Assembly (NCBI GenBank): GCA_963789265.1 | Contig: CAWBKB010000001.1 | Coordinates: forward strand, 2,208,001 to 2,272,000 | Length of the DNA stretch: 64,000 bases | Source of the DNA: an uncultured delta proteobacterium | GTDB lineage: Bacteria > Desulfobacterota > Desulfomonilia > Desulfomonilales > Desulfomonilaceae | Reading direction: 5' to 3' | In this document: one piece after another, positions 18,676-28,794 of the stretch | How the letters are laid out: every line of letters begins with the position of its first letter | Numbering within the stretch: the stretch's first letter is position 1 | Position numbers and translations under genes: made by a program | The notes under the pieces: generated by a model | The model's input: the letters and a program-made list of their open reading frames with translations, nothing else | What the model was told of the DNA's origin: nothing | The model's database searches: none

Positions 18676-19917
18676 ATGACCGATGCTCAAGAGTTGCTGC
18701 GTCAAAGGGAACAGCGCATCCAGGATGCGATAGCTCTCAAAAAACCGGATCAAGTTCCAATCGCTTGCATGTGGGACTTCTTTCCGGCCAAGCGGAAAGG
18801 CGTCAGCATAAAAGAGGTCATGTACAATTTTCAACTCATGTTCGACCTTTGGGTGGAATGCATGGAGCATTTCGCACCCGATTTGGGAGACAATCCCTAT
18901 CCTCTTCGAGGATTCGGTCCGCTGATGGAAATATTGGATTTCCAACACCTTAAATGGGCCGGACACGGCGTAGGCGACAATATGTCCTACCAGTTTGTGG
19001 AACTGGAAGTCATGAAAGCGGACGAATATGACCATTTCCTATTCGATCCTTCCGATTTCATGGTTCGACGATTCTGGCCGCGGGTTAACAAGGCCTTTGC
19101 CCCTTTTGAAAAAATACCGCCTTTGAATCAGGCTATTTCTTACACGTGGGGCCTTTACAACGCCGTGTTCCTCTTGACTCCCGAGATGGAAGCGGCTCGC
19201 ACGGCAATGATCGAGGCCGGTAAGGCATCCGCGGAAGTACTAAAATGGTCGGCAGCTTTTGGCAAGAAAATGGTAGAGTTGGGGTTTCCTCCTTCTTCAG
19301 GAGGATTCGCGGAGGTCCCTTTTGATACGTTGGGTGATGTCTTCCGTGGCACCAAAGGGATCATGATGGATTTGTACAGGCGCCCTGACAAAGTCATGGC
19401 CGCCTGTGAAAAGCTGCTCCCCATCATGATTGATTCCGCGGTTGCCTCGGCCCGGCGGACCGGCGTTCCTAGAGTGTTCATTCCTCTTCACAAGGGGCTC
19501 GACGGTTTTTTGTCTCCGCAACATTTTGACAGGTTCTATTGGCCGCATCTGAAAGCCCTCTTGGAAGCGCTCATCCGAGAGGGCATCACTCCCTGGGTAC
19601 TTGCGGAAGGCGTGTGCAATTCCCGACTTCAGGCATTTCGAGACGTGCCTCCGGGGAAAGTGATTTACCATTTTGAGGGAACCGATATTTTTAAGGCCAA
19701 GGAAACGATGCGCGATCGCTGCTGTCTTCGCGGCAACGTCCCTGCCAGCATTCTCACTGTCGGGAGCCCTGCAGATATTAAGTCTTATTGCAAGAAGCTT
19801 ATAGACGTCTGTGCTGCGGACGGGGGCTTCATTATGGATGCGGCCACGCCGCTTGCCGACGCCAGGCCCGAAAACGTACAAGCCATGTACGATTTTACCA
19901 GAGAGTATGGAGCGTGA
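18676..19917 (+). CDS. Second URO-D/MtaA-CmuA superfamily corrinoid methyltransferase
   Basis: Paralog of 16728-18062 (KWAGHG, PFD.LGD.FRG, FIPLHKG.DGF, FYWP). Confidence 0.85.
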   Translation: MTDAQELLRQREQRIQDAIALKKPDQVPIACMWDFFPAKRKGVSIKEVMYNFQLMFDLWVECMEHFAPDLGDNPYPLRGFGPLMEILDFQHLKWAGHGVGDNMSYQFVELEVMKADEYDHFLFDPSDFMVRRFWPRVNKAFAPFEKIPPLNQAISYTWGLYNAVFLLTPEMEAARTAMIEAGKASAEVLKWSAAFGKKMVELGFPPSSGGFAEVPFDTLGDVFRGTKGIMMDLYRRPDKVMAACEKLLPIMIDSAVASARRTGVPRVFIPLHKGLDGFLSPQHFDRFYWPHLKALLEALIREGITPWVLAEGVCNSRLQAFRDVPPGKVIYHFEGTDIFKAKETMRDRCCLRGNVPASILTVGSPADIKSYCKKLIDVCAADGGFIMDAATPLADARPENVQAMYDFTREYGA

Positions 19918-19973
19918 CCGACTCTGAAGGCTGTAGTAAACCTCGAAGCACCGGAATAGAGAACTAACTGACC

Positions 19974-20717
19974 ATGCACGAACGGATCAATAAAGATCGT
20001 TTCGAACCAGCCTACGCCCAGTTGGCTGCCATTCTTCGTCGCCAGATAGCTGGAGGAGTCTATCCGCCCGGCGAGAAAATCCCGTCAGAGTCCTCCATTA
20101 GCAGACAATATGGCCTTTCGGTGATGACAGTTCGTCAAGCCGTCGGAGTACTGATAGAACAAGGACTGATCGAGCGCATTCGAGGCTCCGGATCATTCGT
20201 CAAACCGGTCACATTGACCGGATCGAGATTTGACCTGGACAGCATCAAGGAGATTTTCGAGGATCCCGAACGCACACGTGTCAAGGTGCTACAAATAAGT
20301 CTCGCAAGGGCGGACGCGAAAACCGCTGAAATGCTGGATCTGCACGAAGGGGTAAGAATAATTCTCATCCGCCGTCTCTTACTGCGTGACAACCGGCCCG
20401 TAATGTTCCACGAAGGGCGTATCCGCTGTGATCCCACTCGCCCCGTCGTGGAGGCCGAATTGAGCGTTGGGCCTCTTTCCGATCTGTTCAACGGGCACGG
20501 GGGCGGCCAAGCGAAGAAGGGTGAACTGACCGTTATGCCCACCGTCCTAAATCACGAGGAAGCCGGTCTTTTGAATCAGTCCGAGGGCACCCCCGTCTTT
20601 CGTTTAGAGTACCTGGTTTATGACTTCAACGACGCTCCGTTCGGTTGGGGGTGGTTCACCGCTGCACCCGAAACCATGTCTTTGAAGACCAAACTGGGGT
20701 TGTGGGACGAATCTTAG
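19974..20717 (+). CDS. GntR family (HutC/UTRA) transcriptional regulator
   Basis: PAYAQL..IL...I..G.YPPGEKIPSE, TVRQA, RG.GSFV; C-terminal UTRA-like domain. Confidence 0.9.
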   Translation: MHERINKDRFEPAYAQLAAILRRQIAGGVYPPGEKIPSESSISRQYGLSVMTVRQAVGVLIEQGLIERIRGSGSFVKPVTLTGSRFDLDSIKEIFEDPERTRVKVLQISLARADAKTAEMLDLHEGVRIILIRRLLLRDNRPVMFHEGRIRCDPTRPVVEAELSVGPLSDLFNGHGGGQAKKGELTVMPTVLNHEEAGLLNQSEGTPVFRLEYLVYDFNDAPFGWGWFTAAPETMSLKTKLGLWDES

Positions 20718-20734
20718 AGCGCGGAGAGGTCGTC

Positions 20735-21424
20735 GTGCCGAAGAGAACTGTCAGAACTATAGCCCATGAGATGGGAGAACTGGCAACGCTGTTAGCCGAC
20801 CTAAGGGAAGAAGAAGCCCTGCTGGCCCTCAAACGGCACATCGCTGCCGGGGTGCCGCCCACTGAACTACTTCACGCCTGCCAGAGGGGGATGCGTCTGG
20901 TCGGTTCGATGCACGAGAAGGGGCATTATTACATCGCAGGGTTAATTATGGCCGGCGAGATAATGCGCGAGGCCGTTGAACTACTCAGGCCGGTCATGAT
21001 TAAAGAGTGGCGCGGTAAGGCCTACGGACGGGTGCTGCTGGGGACCATTGCCGGCGATATCCATGACATTGGAAAGAACCTTTTCAGAGACCTCCTGGAA
21101 TGTCACGGCTTTACCGTCTTGGACCTCGGAGTTGATGTGCCTCCTGCCGACTTTGTGGCAGCGGAATTCGAGTTCAAGCCTCATCTGATTGCCGCTTCGG
21201 CTCTCATCACGGACAGCTTTCCTCATCTTCGGGAGCTTGTTCAATTATTCGAGGATAGCGCTCGGCGCAGGTCGGCCCGGCGACCCTTTATACTCATTGG
21301 TGGAGGACAAGTCGACGAACGAGTCTTTCGGATGTGCGGAGCCGACAATTGGGGAGAGGACGCTTTTTCAGGGATTCAGATTTGTAGGAGACTCATGAAA
21401 GATGCCGGCAAGCCCGCAGTCTGA
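20735..21424 (+). CDS. Second corrinoid (B12-binding) protein
   Basis: GLIMAGEIM, GDIHDIGKN, LGVDV, IGGG; GTG start after GGAG inferred. Confidence 0.88.
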   Translation: MPKRTVRTIAHEMGELATLLADLREEEALLALKRHIAAGVPPTELLHACQRGMRLVGSMHEKGHYYIAGLIMAGEIMREAVELLRPVMIKEWRGKAYGRVLLGTIAGDIHDIGKNLFRDLLECHGFTVLDLGVDVPPADFVAAEFEFKPHLIAASALITDSFPHLRELVQLFEDSARRRSARRPFILIGGGQVDERVFRMCGADNWGEDAFSGIQICRRLMKDAGKPAV

Positions 21425-21428
21425 TTCC

Positions 21429-21780
21429 ATTCGCTTTCAAGCAAGTGACACCGTGTTCTTAGTGGAACAGGCATCTTGCCGGTCGTCATGCCCGCGTACG
21501 CGGGCATCCAGACTGGACCCCGGATCGAAGTCCGGGGGGTGATCCCGCGGGACGCGGGACAGGTAGAATGCCTGCCCACCGTATCCTGACCCGGATTGTC
21601 ACTTGTTTGATGGGGCATTGCTATCAAACGATAAATACTGCACGGATCTGACAAAGCCTCCCGCGTCCCGCGGGATGGCACCCGGGACTACATGAATGGA
21701 TGTTGGGTGCCACTGACCTGAGCACCGTCATGGCGCCAGGTCAGTGCCGTTTGCCGATTTTCACTTATTTGAGAGCGAAC
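21429..21780. repeat. Composite MITE-like element with ~20-bp TIRs and internal palindromes
   Basis: ATTCGCTTTCAAGCAAGTGA ... TCACTTATTTGAGAGCGAAC; left half matches 38590-38719 (inverted), right half matches 18170-18300. Confidence 0.85.
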
Positions 21781-21797
21781 TAGTCTGAAGCAGTTTG

Positions 21798-23579
21798 TTA
21801 CAATCCGGAACTGATCCCGGCTAAGCTGCGGCTTTGCGGCCCATGGGCAGACACAAAATTCAGGTGGTAAACGAACAGCTTACTAAATTCCGGATGGGAG
21901 CCAAGGTCCAGCACTTGGATTATAGACGCCAATCCCTCCATATCCTTCAAGATATCCCGATTGAGCAGGGCAAGGGAGGCTCCGGAAAGTGATGAATTTC
22001 CCGCAAACGTGATCTGCCCAGCGTACTCTGTCGGCAACAATCCTATGCGTTTCAGGTTTTCAGGATTCAAGTGGTAACCGAACGCGCCGCCCACGATTAT
22101 CTGCTCCAGGTCGCTTACAGAACGACCCGCTTCGCGCAATAACGTGAGAATCCCAGTTATGGCCGCGCTCTTGGCCAACTGCACCTGTCGGATGTCCCTC
22201 TGGCTTAGAAAGATGTTTTCCGTCAAGTAGTAACGGTCGCCCTGCAACCGATCAGTCAGTCTTTTGTCAGCCTCGGGATTGAACGCTCCACTGGGAGCAA
22301 TGATCCCTGAAGTGATCAGCGCTGCCACAAGATCGACCAGGCCGCTTCCGCAAATGCCCACGGGCGGCCCATCCCCTATGGTGGTGAAGCGAGGCACCAT
22401 GTCGCTCCCAAGGGTAACGGAATTTATGGCACCCGGCACGGCTCGACAGCCGCATGAAATATTCATGCCTTCCAGTGCCGGTCCCATCGCGCAAGATGTG
22501 CCCAGCAATCGATCGGGTCCTTCGATCAGCACTATTTCTCCGTTTGTACCGATGTCAACAAATAGGGTGCACGCGGGGCAGGACCGATAATCGATTGCTG
22601 TGAGACCGCCGACAATGTCCGCGCCAACATAGGCTGCTGCGCCCGGCAAAAGGATAAGTCGCCCTTGCCGGGCAATGGGAAGGCCGCAACGTTCTCCCTC
22701 CAGCGCAAGGGGTTTAAGAAAGGTAGGGCGGAAAGGAGCCAGAGCGAGCGAGAACGGGTTGACTCCTGCGAGGATATGGAGCATCGTCGTGTTGCCTGCC
22801 GCAGTCATCAGAACGACTTGATCCCGACTTCGCCTGGCCCCCAGAGCCTCATCGAGCATCAACCCCAGTTGTGCGATTAGCGCAGTTCGCAGAATTGATA
22901 GGCCGTCGGGATTCTGTCGGCAGAAGTTGATGCGGGTGATCACGTCGCCGCCATAGGCGGTCTGGGGATTCAACGCCGAACTCCTGCCGAGCAATTCTCC
23001 GCTGTCCAGGTCGAATAAATACAACGAAAGGCTTGTTGTGCCGACGTCAACCGCGGCGCCGAGAACAGGATTTTGGTCGAAACGAATATCCAGGAGCTCG
23101 TTTCCGAATACAATGCCGTACGGTTGGTCTACACTTCCATCCCAGGTCGCTACTTTGTCAAGAATGCCGGGATCGGAAACTCGGAAAGGAAGAGTTTCCA
23201 CGTACGGGATTGAACCTCGCCCCTTTTCCGGCAAAACCACGCGCTTCACTGGACTATTGAGAGCAACCTCGCGAAATTTCGGACCGAACACGGACTGGAG
23301 TTGAGTCCAGGCATCGCTTATGGTGACGGAAACATTCCCGAGCACTTTTGCTTTGCATGCCAGGCGAATGTCTGCAGATTGGCCTTCCAGATGCGCACGT
23401 TCTGCATCGTCAGGAGAGCTCAATTTTCCGTGCGCAACTACTCGGCATTTGCCACAGATTGCTCTACCGTCACAAGTCGATTCCACTCCCATTCCAGCAC
23501 GACGAATGCATGACAGCAGGGTTTCACCCTTCGCCGCTTCTATCGTCAATTTGTTTCCGCTGAATGATACCGTAGGCAA
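21798..23579 (-). CDS. ASKHA-domain reductive activator of corrinoid enzymes (RACE/RamA-like, DUF4445) with N-terminal 2Fe-2S domain
   Basis: CDGRAICGKC..RLAC; DVGTT, GGDVITRI, DIGTNGE, GPALEG, GICGSG and QLAK motifs. Confidence 0.92.
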   Translation of the reverse strand: MPTVSFSGNKLTIEAAKGETLLSCIRRAGMGVESTCDGRAICGKCRVVAHGKLSSPDDAERAHLEGQSADIRLACKAKVLGNVSVTISDAWTQLQSVFGPKFREVALNSPVKRVVLPEKGRGSIPYVETLPFRVSDPGILDKVATWDGSVDQPYGIVFGNELLDIRFDQNPVLGAAVDVGTTSLSLYLFDLDSGELLGRSSALNPQTAYGGDVITRINFCRQNPDGLSILRTALIAQLGLMLDEALGARRSRDQVVLMTAAGNTTMLHILAGVNPFSLALAPFRPTFLKPLALEGERCGLPIARQGRLILLPGAAAYVGADIVGGLTAIDYRSCPACTLFVDIGTNGEIVLIEGPDRLLGTSCAMGPALEGMNISCGCRAVPGAINSVTLGSDMVPRFTTIGDGPPVGICGSGLVDLVAALITSGIIAPSGAFNPEADKRLTDRLQGDRYYLTENIFLSQRDIRQVQLAKSAAITGILTLLREAGRSVSDLEQIIVGGAFGYHLNPENLKRIGLLPTEYAGQITFAGNSSLSGASLALLNRDILKDMEGLASIIQVLDLGSHPEFSKLFVYHLNFVSAHGPQSRSLAGISSGL

Positions 23580-23591
23580 GAGGCTTTCCCT

Positions 23592-24290
23592 TCAGATCGC
23601 CGCCTGGATCGAGGAAGAACGAAATGCCGAATCAAAGCCCAAATGGGTCAATTCAATAGTAGTGAACGGCGGGATGATCACGAAATCATCATCATTCCAA
23701 GGACCCAAGAGGAAATTCTTGAGATAACGGTCAGTTCCCTGGAGAATGAGGAGTTCCAAGTTCAGGGTCGCGGAGATATCGCGCGCGTACGGAATAAGGC
23801 CGGGCAGGTCGTAGGCGCCGGTATCTATAAGAGCCAGGAATTTGTAATGCGCCAGCATCCTTCGATAGATCCGTTCCGTTCGTTCCGGACCGAACCGCGC
23901 CATAACAGCTTGGTACTCCTTCCAGATATTTACCTCTCCCTCCAGCCAGCCTTTCGTCAGAAAATAGACGCCACCGTGCCGATTACAACCATCCCTGGTT
24001 TCTTTGGACCCCAGGAGCAAGGTTATGCAGTCATCCACTCTGGGAATGACCAACTGATAGTCTCCGGACTTCAGTCCGGCCACGGCATTGCCGCAGAAGC
24101 CAAATCCGAGGAGCACTCTCTTTACTCCATTTATCCGGTCCAATTCCTCTTGCAATCGCCTACGCAGGGAGTCCGTCACCAGGTGCAGCCCGGATTCGAC
24201 CCATACGAAACTATGCGCACAGTTTGTTTCTACGGCGGCTTTTTCGAGTTCGTTGCGAATGGTGTTGCAGGCTATAATCACTGTTTCCAC
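23592..24290 (-). CDS. DUF1638 domain protein (usually linked to corrinoid activation)
   Basis: IIAC, GLH, GFCGN, DDCI.LLLG, FLTKGW and IDTG motifs; GTG start inferred. Confidence 0.85.
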   Translation of the reverse strand: METVIIACNTIRNELEKAAVETNCAHSFVWVESGLHLVTDSLRRRLQEELDRINGVKRVLLGFGFCGNAVAGLKSGDYQLVIPRVDDCITLLLGSKETRDGCNRHGGVYFLTKGWLEGEVNIWKEYQAVMARFGPERTERIYRRMLAHYKFLALIDTGAYDLPGLIPYARDISATLNLELLILQGTDRYLKNFLLGPWNDDDFVIIPPFTTIELTHLGFDSAFRSSSIQAAI

Positions 24291-25180
24291 TTTCGGTATC
24301 CTTCTATTCGTGAATTGACCATTATTATAGCCCAGCGGACCGGAGTTCGGAAAGCGTCCATACATCAATTCGGGTGAAGATCCATGGAAAAATGTGCAGG
24401 CATCCATTTACACCGTGGAAAAGGTTGTCATTGAGAGCGCGGAGAACCAAGATTCCCTGGTCGGGCCGCTGTTCAAATGACATTCTCTCGCGTGAATGAA
24501 AGCTCGCTATGAGCGAATTTTCTCGTTGCCCTGTGGTGCGGCATCGTGGTATTCATATTCATAGATTGAATACTCATCAAAATAATAACCCTCAAAACCC
24601 ACGAGCCTTGGAATTCGAGCCAATTCCGAGCACCCGACGTGTTGGCTCCACGGGGCGTCCCGTTCTTCCTCGTCGGAACCAGGAGAAATATTGATGGAGA
24701 TCAAATTGAAGACAACGCCGGCTGATGAAAACGAAAGAACTTTTTGGGATGAGCATGGGGCTTTATGGCAGGTACCGAACATCCAAGTCCGTTTGTGGCA
24801 TATTTCGAGCAACGACAAAGGGATTAGACGGCAAGGACATCCACGCATTTTACAAGAACGGCGCTCTATTTATCGTGAACTGGTCTGACGCAAGGGACTA
24901 TTTCAATTCCAGTAACTGTTCACCCGGTAATCAATCCCGCGACCGCGCGGGGATCACCGTTTCGCGAGACGAGCGATACGCAAAGAACGCGGACAAAAAT
25001 GGATAGCCTATTCAGCGCCACGCGAGTCACCCACGCGTACAGTCATGGCGGAATTGCCCTTACTGTCGCAGGCCGAGACTTATCATGTCTTTGGTGGATA
25101 AGTGCATAGCGCAACAGAATTCTCCGTGGTCTCTGCGTTCTCCGTGCTGAAATATTGCGGTCATCGTACAGGAGGTAATC

Positions 25181-25942
25181 ATGTTCTTGGAAGGAAAACT
25201 CGCATTGGTAACAGGCGCTTCCATGCCCAAAGGCATCGGGAGACACGCCGCGCTTACGCTTGCGAGACATGGGGCGAATGTAGTGGTAACAGGCTTTCAT
25301 CACATGGAAGGGCCGACGGCTCTGGCAGAAGATATTAGAGCTATGGGCCGAAAAGCCGTGGCCGTGCAGATGGACGCAAGTGTTGCTGCGGATGTGGCCA
25401 AAGGCTTTGCAACCATTAAAGCTGAGCTTGGATCGGTCGATATCGTTGTGAACAACGCCGCCCTCATGGGGCACAACATAAGCATTGCCAGGACCACCAC
25501 GGAAGAATGGGATTATGAAGTCAAGCTTTGTCTCAATTCCGCGTTCTATTGCATCAAGCAGGCATGGCCGGATATGTGCGCCAAGAAATGGGGCCGCATT
25601 GTGAACATGACGTCAGTGGCCGGTGTTTTGGGCGGCGCCGGCCAGACGAGCTACGGGGCTGCCAAGGCAGGTCTCATCGCGCTCGCAAAGTCGGCAGCCC
25701 TGGAGGGTGCGAGGTTCAACATCACGGCAAATAGCGTACTCATCGGCATCTGTGCCACTGATAGTTATGACCTGCTCCCCGAGCCGGTTCGTCAGGCCGT
25801 TGAGAAAAAGACTGCCTTCCGGAGACCTGCAAACCCCCAGGAAATCGCCGACGCCATCGCTTACCTGTGTTCGGACAGCGCAGCATATATGACGGGATCC
25901 ATCATGAATATGATGGGCGGTCTTGACCTGTTTGTGTTTTGA
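25181..25942 (-). other. placeholder-free note: antisense frame of SDR gene is non-coding
   Basis: Short minus-strand ORFs here are shadows of the plus-strand SDR gene. Confidence 0.3.
25181..25942 (+). CDS. Short-chain dehydrogenase/reductase (FabG-like)
   Basis: TGAS..GIG, NNA, catalytic YGAAK; GGAGG RBS. Confidence 0.92.
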   Translation: MFLEGKLALVTGASMPKGIGRHAALTLARHGANVVVTGFHHMEGPTALAEDIRAMGRKAVAVQMDASVAADVAKGFATIKAELGSVDIVVNNAALMGHNISIARTTTEEWDYEVKLCLNSAFYCIKQAWPDMCAKKWGRIVNMTSVAGVLGGAGQTSYGAAKAGLIALAKSAALEGARFNITANSVLIGICATDSYDLLPEPVRQAVEKKTAFRRPANPQEIADAIAYLCSDSAAYMTGSIMNMMGGLDLFVF

Positions 25943-26149
25943 GCGGTGCCGCCCCCCCCGCATCACAGACATGAAGGCCATTAAAGCAGTTCTCGAAAAT
26001 TGTCACGGAATGTTTGCGGGTGCCACTGCTGAACAAGTCGGCAGTGGCACTCCATACAGAACTCTTATTCGCTGCCCTCTTGGAATTTTCCGTTAGGCAT
26101 GAGTGAGGACCCGCACCTCCGGTCCGACCTGGGGCACAGTAACAACCTT

Positions 26150-27964
26150 CTAGAAATCGGCCTCCATTACTCCCTGGAAACCGAATATGGGTTGAATTTC
26201 CCGGTTAGGATTGACCGCCCATCCAGAGGGGCCGTCAGCGGCCGTAGGACTGACAAATGTTCCGACTCCTGCCACTGTAGTAAAAGTGTTGGCATATCGC
26301 TTGTCAATGCAGGCATATTTGAACCATCCGCCCGGCTGCCAATATGCGCCACGCAAGTGGACAATCAGACCTTCCAACAGCTTCCAGTCGACGCCGGCAG
26401 TAGCTTCCCACCCCAAGGAATCGTCGGGAATCGACGGAGCGGGAGCTGCGAGAATGTTCTGCGGTGCAGTCAGAATCACTCCGTCTGTGCCGAGTTGCTG
26501 GCCCAGCAGCAAGACTTTGCCTCCTCCATTAGTTCCATCAGACGACGGAACCAGGCAGCCCCAGCCCCAGCCTTTTGACACCCTATTCGCAGTGAAGAGT
26601 GTGCCATAGATGTTCAAGTTGCAAGCAACTGCATAGTCAACTCTTGCTCCGAAAGACGAGGCATCGGTTATAAAGCCTTCACCGTTCCTGTTGACGGCAT
26701 TCAGGCCTCCGCCATATTGATAACCCATCAGAAGGCTGTAAGGCAGGAAGATGTTTGTACAAGCAAAATTTGCTCCATTGACCACATTCTCCCACGATTG
26801 TTTCTTAATCCAGATCCCATGTCTGCGGTCAGGGCCGGGAAGCCACGAATAAAACAGACTCAGTTTGGAGGGACCGCACATTGCTCCTAATTCCACCATA
26901 TACTTCCAGGCTTCCAGATAGTACGGCGCAAACAGGCTCCCGCCGCCGTCCGCGAAATCAGCGACATCTGTGGCGGCCTTTTGCACGGTTAGCTGTTCTC
27001 TAAAATAGGCCAGTTCATTGTTGAAAAACAACCTGCCGTTGTTGTACCTGAAGTAAAACGATCCGTCTTCAACCACAGCATCGTAGGTTCTGGATGTGAG
27101 GGCATTGCTGTTTGTAGTTGCCCCACCCGGCCCATTGTGAATAGGAATATATTCCCCAAGTAAGCCAAATTCGAATGGACCATTGTCATATAAAAAGACC
27201 CATTCGGGATGAAGGTTGCGCTTGCGATCGTTGTCCCATAAACGATACAAAATAGGCTCTGCGGGCGCGGCGTTGACCGCAGCGGCCTGAGGACCGGTAT
27301 TGTTAGTGGTGCTGACAACGTTCCGGCCTGCCATGGAATTGGTCCAAGTCTGGCCTCGCCAGGGATGGAAGACAAATCCAATTCTCATTGGACCATAATT
27401 TGACCAGACCCCGAACGTCTCCGTCGTGGCATTGTGCCGGTCGAACAATAGCCCCAGTCCGTGCGCCAGGGGGCGCTTCCCTGCTACTATTTGTCCCCAC
27501 GGAACTTGCGCCTCCAACCACCAGTAAGTCCAGGTCCCTGAGGCCATCGGGTTGTACACGCCGATGGCCGTGTTGTTGGGGTACAGGCCGTATTGGGAAG
27601 TCCCCGAGCCAATCTGGTAAAGGCCTCTGAGCATTATGGCCGGATTGATTATGATTTCAGGCAGAATCTCCATTCTCGACCATTGGAGGGACGCGTCCGA
27701 TCCCGTGACAAGGCCGTACGGCTCGCCGTTTATGGTGCGAAATCCGACAAACGAGTTCATGGAGTTGAATTTCGCGTTTGCAGGTGCGTCGGCGGCAGCA
27801 CTGGCGTGATCGTACTGTCCGAAAAAACCGGCTCGACCGTATTGGTCGAAGTAGTCGTAGCCCCATATCCACGATCCTGTGAGGTTCAATTCGAACGCGT
27901 ATCCTGGTGAGGCGACGAACCACAATCCTGCTAGAATGACTAGCATCACTCTGAATCTATACAT
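26150..27964 (-). CDS. Putative outer-membrane beta-barrel / porin-like protein
   Basis: Signal peptide ending GYA; aromatic/Gly/Asn-rich strands; C-terminal Phe (MEADF); AAGGAGG RBS. Confidence 0.7.
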   Translation of the reverse strand: MYRFRVMLVILAGLWFVASPGYAFELNLTGSWIWGYDYFDQYGRAGFFGQYDHASAAADAPANAKFNSMNSFVGFRTINGEPYGLVTGSDASLQWSRMEILPEIIINPAIMLRGLYQIGSGTSQYGLYPNNTAIGVYNPMASGTWTYWWLEAQVPWGQIVAGKRPLAHGLGLLFDRHNATTETFGVWSNYGPMRIGFVFHPWRGQTWTNSMAGRNVVSTTNNTGPQAAAVNAAPAEPILYRLWDNDRKRNLHPEWVFLYDNGPFEFGLLGEYIPIHNGPGGATTNSNALTSRTYDAVVEDGSFYFRYNNGRLFFNNELAYFREQLTVQKAATDVADFADGGGSLFAPYYLEAWKYMVELGAMCGPSKLSLFYSWLPGPDRRHGIWIKKQSWENVVNGANFACTNIFLPYSLLMGYQYGGGLNAVNRNGEGFITDASSFGARVDYAVACNLNIYGTLFTANRVSKGWGWGCLVPSSDGTNGGGKVLLLGQQLGTDGVILTAPQNILAAPAPSIPDDSLGWEATAGVDWKLLEGLIVHLRGAYWQPGGWFKYACIDKRYANTFTTVAGVGTFVSPTAADGPSGWAVNPNREIQPIFGFQGVMEADF

Positions 27965-28588
27965 AAATCCTCCTTTCACACCCTACTATATTCACTGCAA
28001 CTAATTCACACCGCGAATAGTCACGTAATGACTACCAATATGCTACGAAACCCTATGTGGACGCCTCCCAGGGCCGATGTTCCTCCGCGATTACCACCGT
28101 ATCGACCCGCTAGTGTCCCTAGTGGGGTCGTGGGTGGAATTGTCAAGAGTCATCAAATGGGTAGTCGCGGTGTGACTATGCCGATACCATCAACCCTCGT
28201 ACGATCCCCTTCCACGGAATCTTACGCCACAGTCAGTCGCCTGACTCGCTTGACTCATGGGATACCCGAAAACAAGGCTTGGACTCTGGGGTCTCTCTTG
28301 CAAAAGCCTCACACAGAAATTCGGGTCAATTCCTACATGTCGGTAGTTGGTTATATTGGGTAGAAGTAACCATACGGAGCATGAATGTTCTTGTCAAGAG
28401 TTTTCTCACCCTTCCAGCATTCCTTCACATGCGCGGAGAGAAATGGCGGCCTTGCATTGCGAGCAGTGAATGGTTGGATAGCCTTTCAGCCTGTCGCTGA
28501 CGGATGGGCGTCTCCGCGTTCCGCGCGGGGCATCCCCACTGCAAAGGGCCGGTCCAACGGATAAAATTGCACCCCTTACTATCCAGCC

Positions 28589-28655
28589 TGTGGCGCAGAC
28601 TTTCCAGTCTGCGGATTCTCGAACTGGATTTGGCGGACTGGAAAGTCCGCCCCAC
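28589..28655. repeat. GTGG-type REP inverted doublet
   Basis: GTGGCGCAGACTTTCCAGTCTGCG ... GCGGACTGGAAAGTCCGCCCCAC. Confidence 0.7.
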
Positions 28656-28794
28656 GGCAATCTGAGCCATTAGAGGAAAAGATTCCCTTCCCGCGGCAAG
28701 CGAGACTCGCCATTACAAGCTTCCGTCGCCTGTAAGTGAATGATTGGCGGCAGCACGTTCAAGACGTGACACAATGTGAGTAACCTGTAAGAAG

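Noticed and set aside
21376..21681. ORFs sharing TPRTSIRGPVWMPAYAGMTTG (also 38423-38677, partly 47834-48334)
   Set aside because: These are translations of the non-coding repeat family.
24507..25006. Overlapping short ORFs between DUF1638 and the SDR
   Set aside because: No recognisable motifs; cannot choose a frame.
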